Origin: Eledone cirrhosa
Taxonomy: Eukaryota
Assembly (NCBI GenBank): GCA_964016885.1
Contig: OZ024752.1
Location: 16,988,001 to 17,052,000, forward strand
Length of the DNA stretch: 64,000 nucleotides
Direction of reading: 5' to 3'
Both the position numbers and the translations under genes were made by a program. Of the stretch, positions 26,383-38,389 are shown piece after piece (within the stretch, counting starts at the first letter, position 1; each line of letters starts with the position of its first letter). Under the pieces are notes generated by a model. It did no database searches and was not told where the DNA came from. It worked only from the letters and a program-made list of their open reading frames with translations.

Positions 26383-26866
26383 AACGAGATATGCCAATAC
26401 GAACCCTTTTGAAATAATATAAGGATATGGCAGTTCTCCTAAAAATAAAAATCCTCACAATATGAGAAAGTGTCAAATATTTTCGGAATTAAGAATTTCC
26501 GAAAATATCGAATTGAAAATAGCGAGTTTGGCTTATAACATCTACCTCCCTTCTTCTGATTAGTGAATGCTAAAGCTGGCGCATTAGTGCACTAGCTCCT
26601 GCAATTCTTGCACCTAATTAAGCCTTAAAAAGTAAATTATAATGAGGTTAGGCCTAATATTTAAATATTTTGAATTACATTCTAACTTCATTTAACACTC
26701 TACATACTAATTACAGACACTTTCTGGATTTATATTTTAACTTTCGGCTAACATGTTAAAATCCGAAAATATTTGACACTTTCTCATATTATGAATATTT
26801 TTATTTTTAAAAGAACTGCCTTATCCTTATATTATTTCAAAGGAGTTCGTTCTGGCATATCTCGTG
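26383..26866. repeat. About 105-bp inverted repeat pair
   Basis: 26383-26488 is the reverse complement of 26762-26866. Part of the spacer (about 26540-26742) recurs at about 27904-28050. Confidence 0.75.
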
Positions 26867-27299
26867 AGAGAATATTTCTTAAAATGTTTAGAAGATTCAG
26901 ACGTCGACTTAGTTGATAAGTTTTAAGAAGATCTAGTTAGAAAATTCACTTAACCGAGTCACAGAGAAGCCTGATAAAAACTAGATACGTCAGGTCAAAA
27001 ACAGAAGAACTAAGTCCAAATATTTTGCCAGACTAAATCCTAGCCAGAAAACCCTCTAATTATAAGATTTTCAATCGGAAAATTAGGGAATTGGGGGTAT
27101 TTAAGATGTATGTGTCTAACTTACATGCTGGTGTATGTCTGCATCTTATTGAAAGCCCATGATAGGGAGGTATTACATCTTTAAAGTTATGGAGGAAGGG
27201 ACCCAAAAGGGTGTCATACTCCATAGTATATACATAGGTATCTGTTGGACCACTATCGTTTTCGACGGTGAGTGATCAAGTTATTCGATCAATGGAGCA

Positions 27300-27330
<31 letters not shown>

Positions 27331-27902
27331 CTTCTTCTTCTTCTTCTTCTTCTTCTTCTTCTTCTTCTTCTTCTTCTTCTTCTTCTTCTTCTTCTTCTTC
27401 TTCTTCTTCTTCTTCTTCTTCTTCTTCTTCTTCTTCTTCTTCTTCTTCTTCTTCTTCTTCTTCTTCTTCTTGAGAGGGTCGTCGAGGCAGAGTAATCAAA
27501 CACTCCTTCCAGTGGTCCTGTCAGAAGCAACCATTTCCCGTTGCTCCGGCTGGATCCCCAAGCGAGACTAACCAAGCTCATGGTTGTTATCCAACCATCT
27601 TACTCGGGGTCTACCTCTGTGTCTTCTGCCGATTGGTTTTTGCCCTAAAATCTGTCCAGCGATTATTTGCTGATACATTCTAACCACATGCCCACAGTAT
27701 CGGATCGGTTATATCTCAATTCAGAGAAGTAGTGGCTCTACCTGGAGTGACTCTCTATCGAGTAAATGTTACTCCAAATACCTTTCGGGGGAACCTCGTT
27801 TCGGCTGCTTGTAACCGCAATCGTATTCTTTCGGTTATTACCAAGATTCATGACCATAGGTAAGGGTTAGCACGAATATCAAATTGAAGATAGTTGAGCT
27901 TT
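27300..27902 (-). mobile_element. RTE 3' fragment with long (GAA)n tail
   Basis: Minus strand gives LTYGHESW..RLQAAE..GHVVRM..RGRPRVRWLD..SRLGI..LPRRP, ending in the (CTT)n tract at 27300-27471. Confidence 0.75.
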
Positions 27903-28181
27903 TACACCTACCTCTCTTCTGATTACCGAATGCTGAAGAGTAAATTATAATGAGGTTAGGCTTAATATTTAAATATTTAAAATTATATTCTAATTTCATT
28001 TAACACTCTACATACTAATTACAGACAACCTCTGGATTTATATTTTAACTGTTCGTTTTAGTGTTGATTCCTATTCCTTTGAAGACCATAAATATATATG
28101 GAGGAGAATGACTGATATAATCAATTATCGATCGTCAAGATCCTAGACCTCAATCGCTTACTGAGTGGGATGGAGCTCGTC

Positions 28182-28240
28182 AAATCGAACTCGCAACCTC
28201 ACGTTTGCGAATCCAATTCTCTAACCACTAAGCCACGCGC
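28182..28240 (-). mobile_element. tRNA-derived SINE head
   Basis: Minus strand has A box TGGCTTAGTGG and B box GTTCGATT, but no complete cloverleaf. Confidence 0.6.
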
Positions 28241-28634
28241 GTTCACTAATCAACTATACACAGTTATATTGGAGGATTTATTCTGTAAGGGTTTCTGATT
28301 TAGGCACAAGGCCAGAAATTTTGGAGTGGGAAAGTCGATTAAATTGACCCCAGTGCATTACTGATGCTTTATTTTATCGACCCCGTAAGGATGGAAGGAA
28401 GCCGTAGCTATGCAACGGCTTCCTAAAATCGTATTTCTTTAGAAATACGAAACTTCTATACATATTGTATAAAGCTATGCTTGAAGCGAAATCTTATTTC
28501 TTTTCTATTATATGTTGAGCCAACTTATGCAGCTTCATATGCAAATGTGATTAATCACCTCATTTACACTGACGAGAAAACTATATATTCTCGGTTGTTT
28601 TCAAGTCCAGCAGTCGCAAAGCGGTGGAGGGATC

Positions 28635-28672
28635 GTCCTGACGATGGCCAGTCAAGCCTGAAATGCATAGAC
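28635..28672 (+). ncRNA. Minimal type I hammerhead
   Basis: gtc-CTGACGA-t-ggc-cagtcaa-gcc-t-GAAA-tgca-TA-gac. It lies within a unit bounded by direct repeats at about 28415-28452 and 28724-28761. Confidence 0.65.
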
Positions 28673-29091
28673 AGTTGTCCCCCTTGCTTCTGCTGGACAA
28701 CACCAGAGGGCGTTAGCATAGCTACGGCTTCCTAAAATCGTATTTCTTTAGAAATACGAAATTTCTATACACACATATATATATATGTGTGTGTGTGTCT
28801 GTATGTGTGTGTGTATGGTGATGGAGGTGTTGGTAGCTGTGGTAGTGGTGTGTGAGTGTGTATATATATATATATGTTTGTGTGCTTGTGTGTGTGTGTG
28901 GTGGGGGAGTATTTGTCGTATATGAGGTAACAGGTGTGATATGATAATTGGAAATCATTTGAAAATGTCAGGTCAAATTTTGATGACAAGATAGTGTGAC
29001 ATGCATATTTCATTGAACAGGTTAAGCAACAAGTCTTTGAAACCACAAAACACACTGAGTTTTTTGTTTCATAGACGTCATTTTGTTACTG

Positions 29092-30506
29092 AAAATTGCA
29101 AGTACTTCCTGTAGAAGAGAAAATTAGCACTACTTCCTGTAGAAGAGAAAATTACAACTATTTCCTCTAGAAGAGAAAAATACAACTACTTCCTGTAGAA
29201 GAGAAAATTACCACTACTTCCTGTAGAAGAGAAAATTACAACTACTTTCTGTAGAAGAGAAATTTGCTACTTCCCGTAGAAGAGCACATTACAACTATTT
29301 CCTGTAGAAGAGAAAAATACAACTACTTCCTGTAGACGAGAAAATTACAACTACTTCCTGTAGAAGAGAAAATTACAACTACTTCCTGTAGAAGAGAAAA
29401 TTACAACTACTTCCTGTAGACGAGAAAATTACAATTACTTCCTGTACAAGAGAAAATTACAACTACTTCGTCTAGATAAGAACATTACAACTACTTCCTG
29501 TAGAAGAGCACATTACAACTACTTTCTGTAGAAGAGAAAAATACAACTACTTCCTGTAGAAGAGAAAAATACAACTACTTCCTGTAGAAGAGAAAATTAC
29601 AACTACTTACTGTAGAAGAGAAATTTGCTACTTCCTGTAGAAGAGAAAATTACAACTTGCTGTAGAAGAGAAAATTACAACTATTTCCTCTAGAAGAGAA
29701 AAATACAACTACTTCCTGTAGACGAGAAAATTACAACTACTTCCTGTAGAAGAGAAAATTACAACTACTTCCTGTAGAAGAGAAAAATACAACTACTTCC
29801 TCTAGAAGAGAAAAATACAACTACTTCCTGTAGACGAGAAAATTACAACTACTTCCTGTAGACGAGAAAATTACAACTACCTCCTGTAGAAGAGAAAATT
29901 ACAACTACTTCCTGTAGAAGAGAAAATTACAACTACTTCCTGTAGAAGAGAAAAATACAACTACTTCCTGTAGAAGAGAAAAATACAACTATTTCCTGTA
30001 GAAGAGAAAATTACAATTACTTCCTGTAGACGAGAAAATTACAATTACTTCCTGTAGAAGAGAAAAATACAACTACTTCCTGTAGAAGAGAAAAATACAA
30101 CTACTTACTGTAGAAGAGAAATTTGCTACTTCCTGTAGAAGAGAAAATTACAACTTGCTGTAGAAGAGAAAATTACAACTATTTCCTCTAGAAGAGAAAA
30201 ATACAACTACTTCCTGTAGACGAGAAAATTACAACTACTTCCTGTAGAAGAGAAAATTACAACTACTTCCTGTAGAAGAGAAAATTACAACTACTTCCTG
30301 TAGAAGAGAAAAATACAACTACTTCCTGTAGACGAGAAAAATACAACTACTTCCTGTAGAAGAGAAAAATACAACTATTTCCTGTAGAAGAGAAAATTAC
30401 AATTACTTCCTGTAGACGAGAAAATTACAATTACTTCCTGTAGAAGAGAAAAATACAACTACTTCCTGTAGAAGAGAAAAATACAACTACTTCCTGTAGA
30501 AGAGAA
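29092..30506. repeat. 28-bp minisatellite (AAAATTACAACTACTTCCTGTAGAAGAG), about 50 copies
   Basis: Contiguous tandem units with recurring variants and no spacers. Confidence 0.95.
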
Positions 30507-30607
30507 CATACATGTAAAATATGTCCAGAAAAACCTTTAAAATTGAAATTTATAAATTAAAACAATAAAAAAGTAAAAATCTCAAATAGCATCTCAGATA
30601 TGATATT

Positions 30608-31200
30608 TTATCCACCCAGCTGGACCGAGGGGACGGCAAAAGGCCAGACGGTATGACCATCTTCCCGTTCCGCGGTGGAAAACCCCACGTCTGGGATGCC
30701 ACTTGCAGTGACACTTTCTCCAGCCTTAACCTGGTGCAGTCTGCGACTAACCCAGGTTCTGCTGCACGTCGGGCTGAGGAGGCCAAACTATCCAAGTACC
30801 GGTCACTCTCCGACAGGTTCGCGGTCGTGCCCTTGGCAGTGGAAACTTCTGGTGTCCTTGGCTCTTGGGCTTCCTCCATACTCACCACCATAGGCGCTGA
30901 TCTGGCCAGCCGCAGATGTGACCCTCGCGAGATGGAATGGCTGTTCCAGCGCATCTCCCTTACCATCCTCCGGGGAAACGCCTTCTCCATTCTGTCCGCC
31001 GGGGCTGTGGGAAGGCCAGCACGTGGGATCCCATTTGCTCATAATACAGAGAGATGGGGAGGGCGAGAAAGAGGGAGGCGATGACAGTGGGAGTTCGGCT
31101 CCTCCATGTTCGGACCATACCCTTGAAATATATAAAGATGGAAATTTCAACAATTCCTAGACATTACCTTTTACTATTTTATATCTATTAATCAACTTGA
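30608..31200 (+). mobile_element. CRE-like LINE 3' fragment (RLE domain)
   Basis: RGDGKRPDGMTIFP..VWDATC..AARRAEEAKLSKY..VPLAVETSGVLG..LFQRISLTILRGNA. Confidence 0.78.
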
Positions 31201-31363
31201 CCGGATGGGAGATAGACGTTATTTTGTAAATAAACCGATTTTAGGATGAATAACGTACGAATGAGCAGAGACCACAGAATACCATGTTGTTAGAATGTGG
31301 TAAATATAACAAGGTACTGGAGGTATTCGCACAAAATCAGAGATGAGCTTACATATTGAGGGT

Positions 31364-31449
31364 TATCTGAGGATCTTTCGATTACAGAGTCAGGTTCGAT
31401 CAATAATAGATCATTCCTCGAGCTGATCGACAGTGAAACATATGTAATA
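31364..31449 (+). ncRNA. Type I hammerhead with extended helix II
   Basis: tat-CTGAGGA-t-ctttcgatt..gatcgacag-t-GAAA-catatg-TA-ata. Palindromic ACATATGT, GUA site. Confidence 0.6.
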
Positions 31450-31586
31450 TGTTATTAAATATGTTATGATGCAATACTGACTCTTTGTTTCTTTATTCTT
31501 ATACTATTATACTGTGCTCTGCGCGAGCATCGAGTGCTCATCCGGCATACCAACTACAGACGCAATTATCTTGCACCTAATCACTC

Positions 31587-31640
<54 letters not shown>

Positions 31641-31911
31641 TAAAACATGTCTTTAGAATCACTAGATATAATATATACCATTTCCTCTCCTAATCACCAT
31701 AATTAACCATATAAGAAATCAATTAGACCAAGCTATAAGAATAAAGGCTCCTATGAAGAAATCTCCGACAAATAACCGAAAGCAGCCCCTTCGCGGTGGC
31801 TGCGATGGAGTATTTATCGAACATTTCGACAACATGTAGAAATCGACCAGATGTACAGTCAACTAAACATAATTAGGTGTAAAATCAAACTTAGAAGAAA
31901 TGCGTACATAC

Positions 31912-31985
31912 CTCTACCATGGTTTCATCCGTATTTTAAGACATCCGATAACAGGGAATGTCTAGAGCTTCGGATTCATCAGGAG
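31912..31985 (-). ncRNA. Hammerhead, family B (inverted copy)
   Basis: Reverse complement of the 33481-33554 motif. Confidence 0.75.
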
Positions 31986-32168
31986 TGAACTCAAAATTAG
32001 ACATTTAATTTTCCAAAGTGATCGCGCCAAAAATACATTCAAAAATGGCTAAGAATCGTGACGTGGCAGCGGTCAAGCTAGAAAGGATGTGATTAGTTGC
32101 TTACAACGTTTTTGAATGTATTTTTGGCGCGATCACTTTGGAAAATTAAATGTCTAATTTTGAGTTCA

Positions 32169-32242
32169 CTCCTGATGAATCCGAAGCTCTAGACAGTCCC
32201 TGTTATCGGATGTCTTAAAATACGGATGAAACCATGGTAGAG
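32169..32242 (+). ncRNA. Hammerhead, family B copy 1
   Basis: ctc-CTGATGA-atccg..cggat-GAAA-ccatgg-TA-gag. Palindromic ACCATGGT, GUA site. Confidence 0.78.
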
Positions 32243-32824
32243 GTAATTAGGTATGTACGCATTTCTTCTAAGTTTGATTTTACACCTAATTATGTTTAGT
32301 TGACTGTATATCTGGACGATTTCTACATGCTGTCGAAATGTTCGATAAATACTCCATCGTAGCCACCGCGAAGGGGCTGCTTTCGGTTATTTGTCGGAGA
32401 TTTCTTCATAGGAGCCTTTATTCTTATAGCTTGGTCTAATTGATTTTTTATATGGTTAATTATGTTGATTGGGAGAGGAAATGGTATATATTATATCTAG
32501 TGATTCTAAAGACATGTTTTATGATATATAGCTCTGATTATTTAATTTATTAATTCTTCATTGAGCCACAACGTGACCTGTTGCAAAACACATATATATC
32601 TATGACTTTATATATATGTAAACCTTTATATGTAATAATCTCCCGTTTGGTTGAGATACAATTTGGCTATATTGGGCTGCGCTTTCAGCAATAAGCCTAC
32701 CCGCCGTAAGCAACTAATCACATCCTTTCTAGCTTGACCGCTGCCACGTCACGATTCTTAGGCATTTTTGAATGTATTTTTGGCACGATCACTTTGGAAA
32801 ATTAAATGTCTAATTTTGAGTTCA

Positions 32825-32898
32825 CTCCTGATGAATCCGAAGCTCTAGACAGTCCCTGTTATCGGATGTCTTAAAATACGGATGAAACCATGGTAGAG
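32825..32898 (+). ncRNA. Hammerhead, family B copy 2
   Basis: Same motif 656 nt downstream of copy 1. Confidence 0.78.
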
Positions 32899-33480
32899 GT
32901 AATTAGGTATGTACGCATTTCTTCTAAGTTTGATTTTACACCTAATTATGTTTAGTTGACTGTATATCTGGACGATTTCTACATGCTGTCGAAATGTTCG
33001 ATAAATACTCCATCGTAGCGACCGCGTAGGGGCTGCTTTCGGTTATTTGCCGGCGATTTCTTCATGGGAGCCTTTATTCTCATAGCTTGGTCTAATTGAT
33101 TTTTTATATGGTTAATTATGCTGATTGGGAGAGGAAATGGTATATATTATATCTAGTGATTCTAAAGACATGTTTTATGATATATAGCTCTGATTATTTA
33201 ATTTATTAATTCTTCATTGAGCCACAACGTGACCTGTTGCAAAACACATATATATCTATGACTTTATATATATGTAAACCTTTATATGTAATAATCTCCC
33301 GTTAGGTTGAGATACAATTTGGCTATATTGGGCTGCGCTTTCAGCAATAAGCCTACCCGCCATAAGCAACTAATCACATCCTTTTTAGCTTGACCGCTGC
33401 CACGTCACGATTCTTAGCCATTTTTGACTGTATTTTTGGCGCGATCACTTTGGAAAATTAAATGTCTAATTTTGAGTTCA

Positions 33481-33554
33481 CTCCTGATGAATCCGAAGCT
33501 CTAGACATTCCCTGTTATCGGATGTCTTAAAATACGGATGAAACCATGGTAGAG
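33481..33554 (+). ncRNA. Hammerhead, family B copy 3
   Basis: Same motif a further 656 nt downstream. Confidence 0.78.
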
Positions 33555-33769
33555 GCAATTAGGTATGTACGCATTTCTTCTAAGTTTGATTTTACACCTA
33601 ATTATGTTTAGTTGACTGTATATCTGGACGATTTCTGCATGCTGTCGAAATGTTCGATAAATACTCCATCGTAGCCACCGCGAAGGGGCTGCTTTCGGTT
33701 ATTTGTCGGAGATTTCTTCATAGGAGCCTTTATTCTTATAGCTTGGTGTAATTGATTTTTTTATATGAC

Positions 33770-34410
33770 AAAGAGCTCAGGATTTCTTCTCCTTTGAGCA
33801 CATTATTTACAGGGAATAGCGAGGGCCTATGCCTCCGTTAATTTATCGTGATATTTCGCTCCTAATAACAGTCTTTCCTACCTCAGTTTGGTTGAGCACA
33901 CTTCTCTGAGTGGCTTTGGGCTGCCCTTTCTAGCAGTTCGTCCCCCAGAGGCCACTGGTTCACTGCCCTTAAACACGCTGTGACTTCTCCCTCCCATGTG
34001 TAGCTGGACAGTCAATTTTAAAATTCTCTTAGTGTTGTCTGAAATGTATAGCCTTACACACGGTGATGAACCGAGGCTAACCCATTGCTTTCAACAAATT
34101 ATTGGTGAAACATATCTTTGGATTAGTGTCTTTGGATTTGTACGTGTGTTATATAGTTATAGAGGTATTTATTTACGCTTTAATTTATATTTTTAATTAT
34201 CATGTCTATAGTCTGCCTTTCATAAATTATAGATTCCATACACTGGTGGTTTTTTTCCCCTGTTTTATTGATAACGCACTATATATCTCTCTCTGGTGTG
34301 TTACCTTTTCAACATATTGTATTTTAAAGAGCTCAAGATTTCTTCTCCTTTGAGCACATTATTTACAGGGAATAGCGAGGGCCTATGCCTCCGTTAATTT
34401 ATCGTGTTAT

Positions 34411-34415
<5 letters not shown>
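33770..34415 (+). repeat. About 556-bp unit with about 80-bp terminal direct repeat and decayed hammerhead-like core
   Basis: 33771-33853 repeats at 34327-34410. gTGATGA-acc..ggt-GAAA-catat at about 34063-34125. Confidence 0.6.
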
Positions 34416-34454
<39 letters not shown>

Positions 34455-34926
34455 GGGGTGGGGGTGCGCGCGTGTGTGTGAGTATGTATTTGTGAATGTG
34501 TCTGTTGACATCTGGAATATGGCTTAAGAGAAACTTGAAGATAATGGTATGATAGGCACTCAATATTTTGAACTGGTCTATAGAATTCTCTAGGCCTTTA
34601 TCACTCTAAGAAGAATTAGCTTTTAAAGAATTTCCCTTTTCTTTAAATCCATCAACCATGACTGACCACCAACGATCTTATAGACACCTGAAATATAGGC
34701 ATTGTTAGCTTAAGAGAAACTTAAAAATAAGGAGTGGCACCCCATTCTGAACTTGTTTATAGAATTCTTTCTGCCTTTGTTACTCTAAATATAAATTATA
34801 GCTTTAAAGAATTAGCTTTTAATGAATTCTCTTTTCTATCAACCAATGACCTCTACCCATCGCACTCCCCACCTTCCCCTACCACCTGAAGAGATCTATA
34901 AATACCATATTTATTTTTTGATACCC

Positions 34927-34977
34927 AGATTCCTGATGATTTCTAAAGAATGAAACAGTTCTAGTCCTGTAGAATCT
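34927..34977 (+). ncRNA. Type I hammerhead
   Basis: agattc-CTGATGA-t-ttc-taaa-gaa-t-GAAA-cag..ctg-TA-gaatct. Helix I 6 bp, helix III 4 bp, GUA site. Confidence 0.75.
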
Positions 34978-35074
34978 CATCTATATTAAAACTTTTATGC
35001 TCTGCTATGTATTGAGTACCTTAATTACTGTGGTTACCTCCGATTCAACCCGGAATAACGTATATATATATAAC

Positions 35075-35133
<59 letters not shown>

Positions 35134-35324
35134 GGTTTGAGGTTCACCACTGTATAGAGCTGGTCTATTCCGTATGGTCAATCGTAATGCAATAATATAG
35201 AGAGTACTCAACGTAAAGCAGTTCAACCGTCTTTGTTTTTGTAGTTGGTGGTGCTATTACGGAGTTAAATATTATAATGAAATGACAGGAGGCTGGATTT
35301 GTGTAAATCCTTGAAAGATTTATT

Positions 35325-35382
35325 ATACTATGATCATTTCAATGACCGGGTTCCGTATGAATCCGGTGATATCATCAGGTAT
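35325..35382 (-). ncRNA. Hammerhead (inverted copy)
   Basis: Reverse complement of 36011-36068. Confidence 0.68.
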
Positions 35383-36010
35383 TCGAAATATAATACGTGA
35401 ATGTAATAGATAAAATCCATGGGGATTTTAACTTCATCCTAGAAGTCTAAACACTATAACACACTGACTCCCAATATATTCACCTCTGCTAAGATGCGGG
35501 TCCCTGTGAACATTTTCTCGCGCCACTCCTGGCTTGACTGTGGTCTGACATTAATATCGACCTTTCTTCCTCTTTCTTTCTATCTTCCTTCTTGTAGCCA
35601 TCAACCCTTACTTTTCTACTTCTCTCTTCCCTCCCTTCTCTTCTCCCCTCCTCCTGTCTTCCTCCCGCAGACTTATCTTCCTTCCCCCTCTTGCTTGCCT
35701 ATATCTGACCAGTAGTAGTTGCCTTTCTTCTTTTAGCTGACATTAACCCTGACTTCTCTTCTTCTTTCTTCCCCCTTCTTCTCTCTCCTTCCTTTCTTTC
35801 TTTTACCTTGTGTCATGAGATCGACGTTAACTTATGCTCCCATCCCTTTCTGTTTTCGTTTATCTGACCGGTAGTAGCATACTATAAACTTTAGTCACGT
35901 CACTCCAGGGCGACCGGCTGAGGTTGAAGGAACAGAATAGCGGTTGCCCTCGGGTCCTCGATTTTCAGCCCCATGGATTTTATCTATTACATTCACGTAT
36001 TATATTTCGA

Positions 36011-36068
36011 ATACCTGATGATATCACCGGATTCATACGGAACCCGGTCATTGAAATGATCATAGTAT
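36011..36068 (+). ncRNA. Type I hammerhead
   Basis: atac-CTGATGA-t-atcaccgg..ccggtcat-t-GAAA-tgatca-TA-gtat. Palindromic ATGATCAT. Confidence 0.7.
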
Positions 36069-36123
36069 AATAAACCTTTCAAGGATTTACACAAATCTAG
36101 CCTCCTCTCATTTCATTATAATA

Positions 36124-36341
<218 letters not shown>

Positions 36342-36801
36342 TAAAACATGAGAAGAAAGAATACTGCGTGGTTGCACATGGGTTACATATGATAAAAATA
36401 GTCCTTCGTCAGTGATTTTCCAACCTTAATTGGTATTTCATCGCTTTAAAAATCATATACCTTCGGTTGGTGCGAACAATAGCTAAATAAAGCTATTGGG
36501 ACAAGTAAATCGCGTAAAGCGAGCGAGACAGTAAACAACAGGGAAGGATAGCAACGCAAAGATAGGAAAAAACAAGCAGCATGGGAATCCGGTCAGCTTA
36601 AGCTGGGTGGATTTCATGAGCGAGAGGGATATACAGACCATCCGACGTGAGTGAGATGTGAGCAAGAAGAGAACCCACTACAGGCCAAACGGGAGGAAGT
36701 GAAAAGGGGAGAAACAGAGAGTGAGTGAGTGGAAGTGCGAGGAAGAGGCCAGTCGAGAGAAAGTGTAACTGACAGAGGGAGCGAAAGAAGGTGAGAGAAA
36801 C

Positions 36802-36832
<31 letters not shown>

Positions 36833-36839
36833 TACATGT

Positions 36840-36927
<88 letters not shown>

Positions 36928-37567
36928 CAATATATAGAGGAGATAACACGAGAGAGTTTGTTTTCAATTACAGGGGTATAAGGCAACGAGAGTGAAAAAT
37001 AAAAAAAAACATAATTAAAGAGATAAATTAAAATGTATAAACCCACCTTTATAACTATAAAACACCTGGACAGACTCAGAGAGAATGCATTACCATAAAC
37101 TGTGTAAGAATCATAACGACTCAGGGTTCGTCAGCAGGTTTAAATAAGGTACGTCTCCCATTTCTAAATAGACATTAGATAATTAACGTGTTGTACGTGT
37201 AGGGAGAAGGAAAATACGCGCGCCAGACAGTACATAGTGGCTCCTATGGATAAATAAACTGCCTGAAATGGCAGCTTATAACCATTCAACTGAAAAGGCG
37301 CAACAGAAAAATTAGTAAGGAGCTGAAATATCAAATGAAGCAACGGAGTTAGAGACTCGCGTGTATCCCTGTAATTAAATGAGCTGAAGGAATAAGTACC
37401 GGGCTCTTCATAATACAGTATAGACAGGAGAAAACAGAAAAGAGTATGTTTTCAATTACAGCGCGAGTCTTTAACTCTGTTGTTTCATTTGATATATATA
37501 TATATATATATATATCAAATGAGTGCTCACCCGGGTGAACCTGCAGTAACTCCTAGTTACACCCACT

Positions 37568-37619
<52 letters not shown>

Positions 37620-37622
<3 letters not shown>

Positions 37623-38252
37623 CCCAGAAAAACATGGGACGAGCTGATAAATTCCGACCTCACACGCTTACACCTCTCCAAGACAATGTCACTGGACCGA
37701 GACCTTTGGCGGTACTCAGTAATAGAGAAGACCCGCCTTACCTAAATACAAAGTAAAAACCTACTACAGTCAGTAGGCATCTCTATCAAAACACACCCCC
37801 GTCCCACCACCTCCACCCCACCCACACCGCCCCTTTCAATGTAAAGTTATGTTGGTCCCACAACATCCAGGCCGAAACAAATGAGATCGTGTAGGTGTCA
37901 CGACAAAAACACACAGTCCACGCTGTAAATGTGGCCGTGTAGGCAACACGGTAAAAACCTCCCAGCCCCACACTGTAAATGTGGTTGGTGTTAGGAAGGG
38001 CATCCAGCTGTAGAAAACCCGCCAGACAGTCCACGCTGTAATGTGGCCGTGTAGGCAACACGGTAAAAACCTCCCAGCCCCACACTGTAAATGTGGTTGG
38101 TGTTAGGAAGGGCATCCAACTGTAGAAAACCCGCCAGACAGTCCTATGCGAACAAGACAACCACTCTTGCCTCAAGTGGGAAAACCCCCGTCCAAACCCA
38201 TGCAAGCGTGGAACACGGACGCTAAACCTGATGATGATGATGATGATGATGA
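37620..38252 (+). mobile_element. LINE C-terminal relic followed by a SINE-like element with internal ~112-bp duplication and (GAT)n tail
   Basis: RPRKTWDELINSDL..DRDLWR at 37620-37715; ttaggaagggcatcca twice; ccatgcaagcgtggaacacggacgctaaa then (GAT)n. Confidence 0.6.
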
Positions 38253-38389
38253 TATACAATGCAAACACCAAAACCAACCACTAGCACAACCCGAAACAAC
38301 ACCGCACAGACAACACATCACAACAACCAACTACATGCTAACTCCAAACAGAATCTGACCAACCGGCAATAAAACAACAACCCCATAAC

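Larger units (their letters stand above)
31637..33767. mobile_element. Non-coding hammerhead tandem array, family B: 656-bp monomer x about 2.5 plus inverted partial copy
   Basis: Hammerheads at 32169, 32825 and 33481 (period 656). 31637-32105 is an inverted copy. No ORF. Confidence 0.85.
35271..36122. mobile_element. PLE-type non-coding unit with about 155-bp inverted terminal copy
   Basis: 35271-35424 is the reverse complement of 35968-36122, and each arm carries a hammerhead. Confidence 0.75.

Noticed and set aside
27268-27581. Poly-L/F/R/E ORFs
   Set aside because: Translations of a (CTT)n LINE tail.
28182-28240. tRNA gene
   Set aside because: A and B boxes are present but there is no acceptor stem; better read as a SINE head.
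29092-30506. CRISPR array
   Set aside because: 28-bp units are contiguous with no unique spacers, there are no cas genes, and the context is eukaryotic.
36395-36470. Hammerhead (CTGACGA on minus; related CTGATGA at about 57707)
   Set aside because: No downstream GAAA or helix III; truncated.
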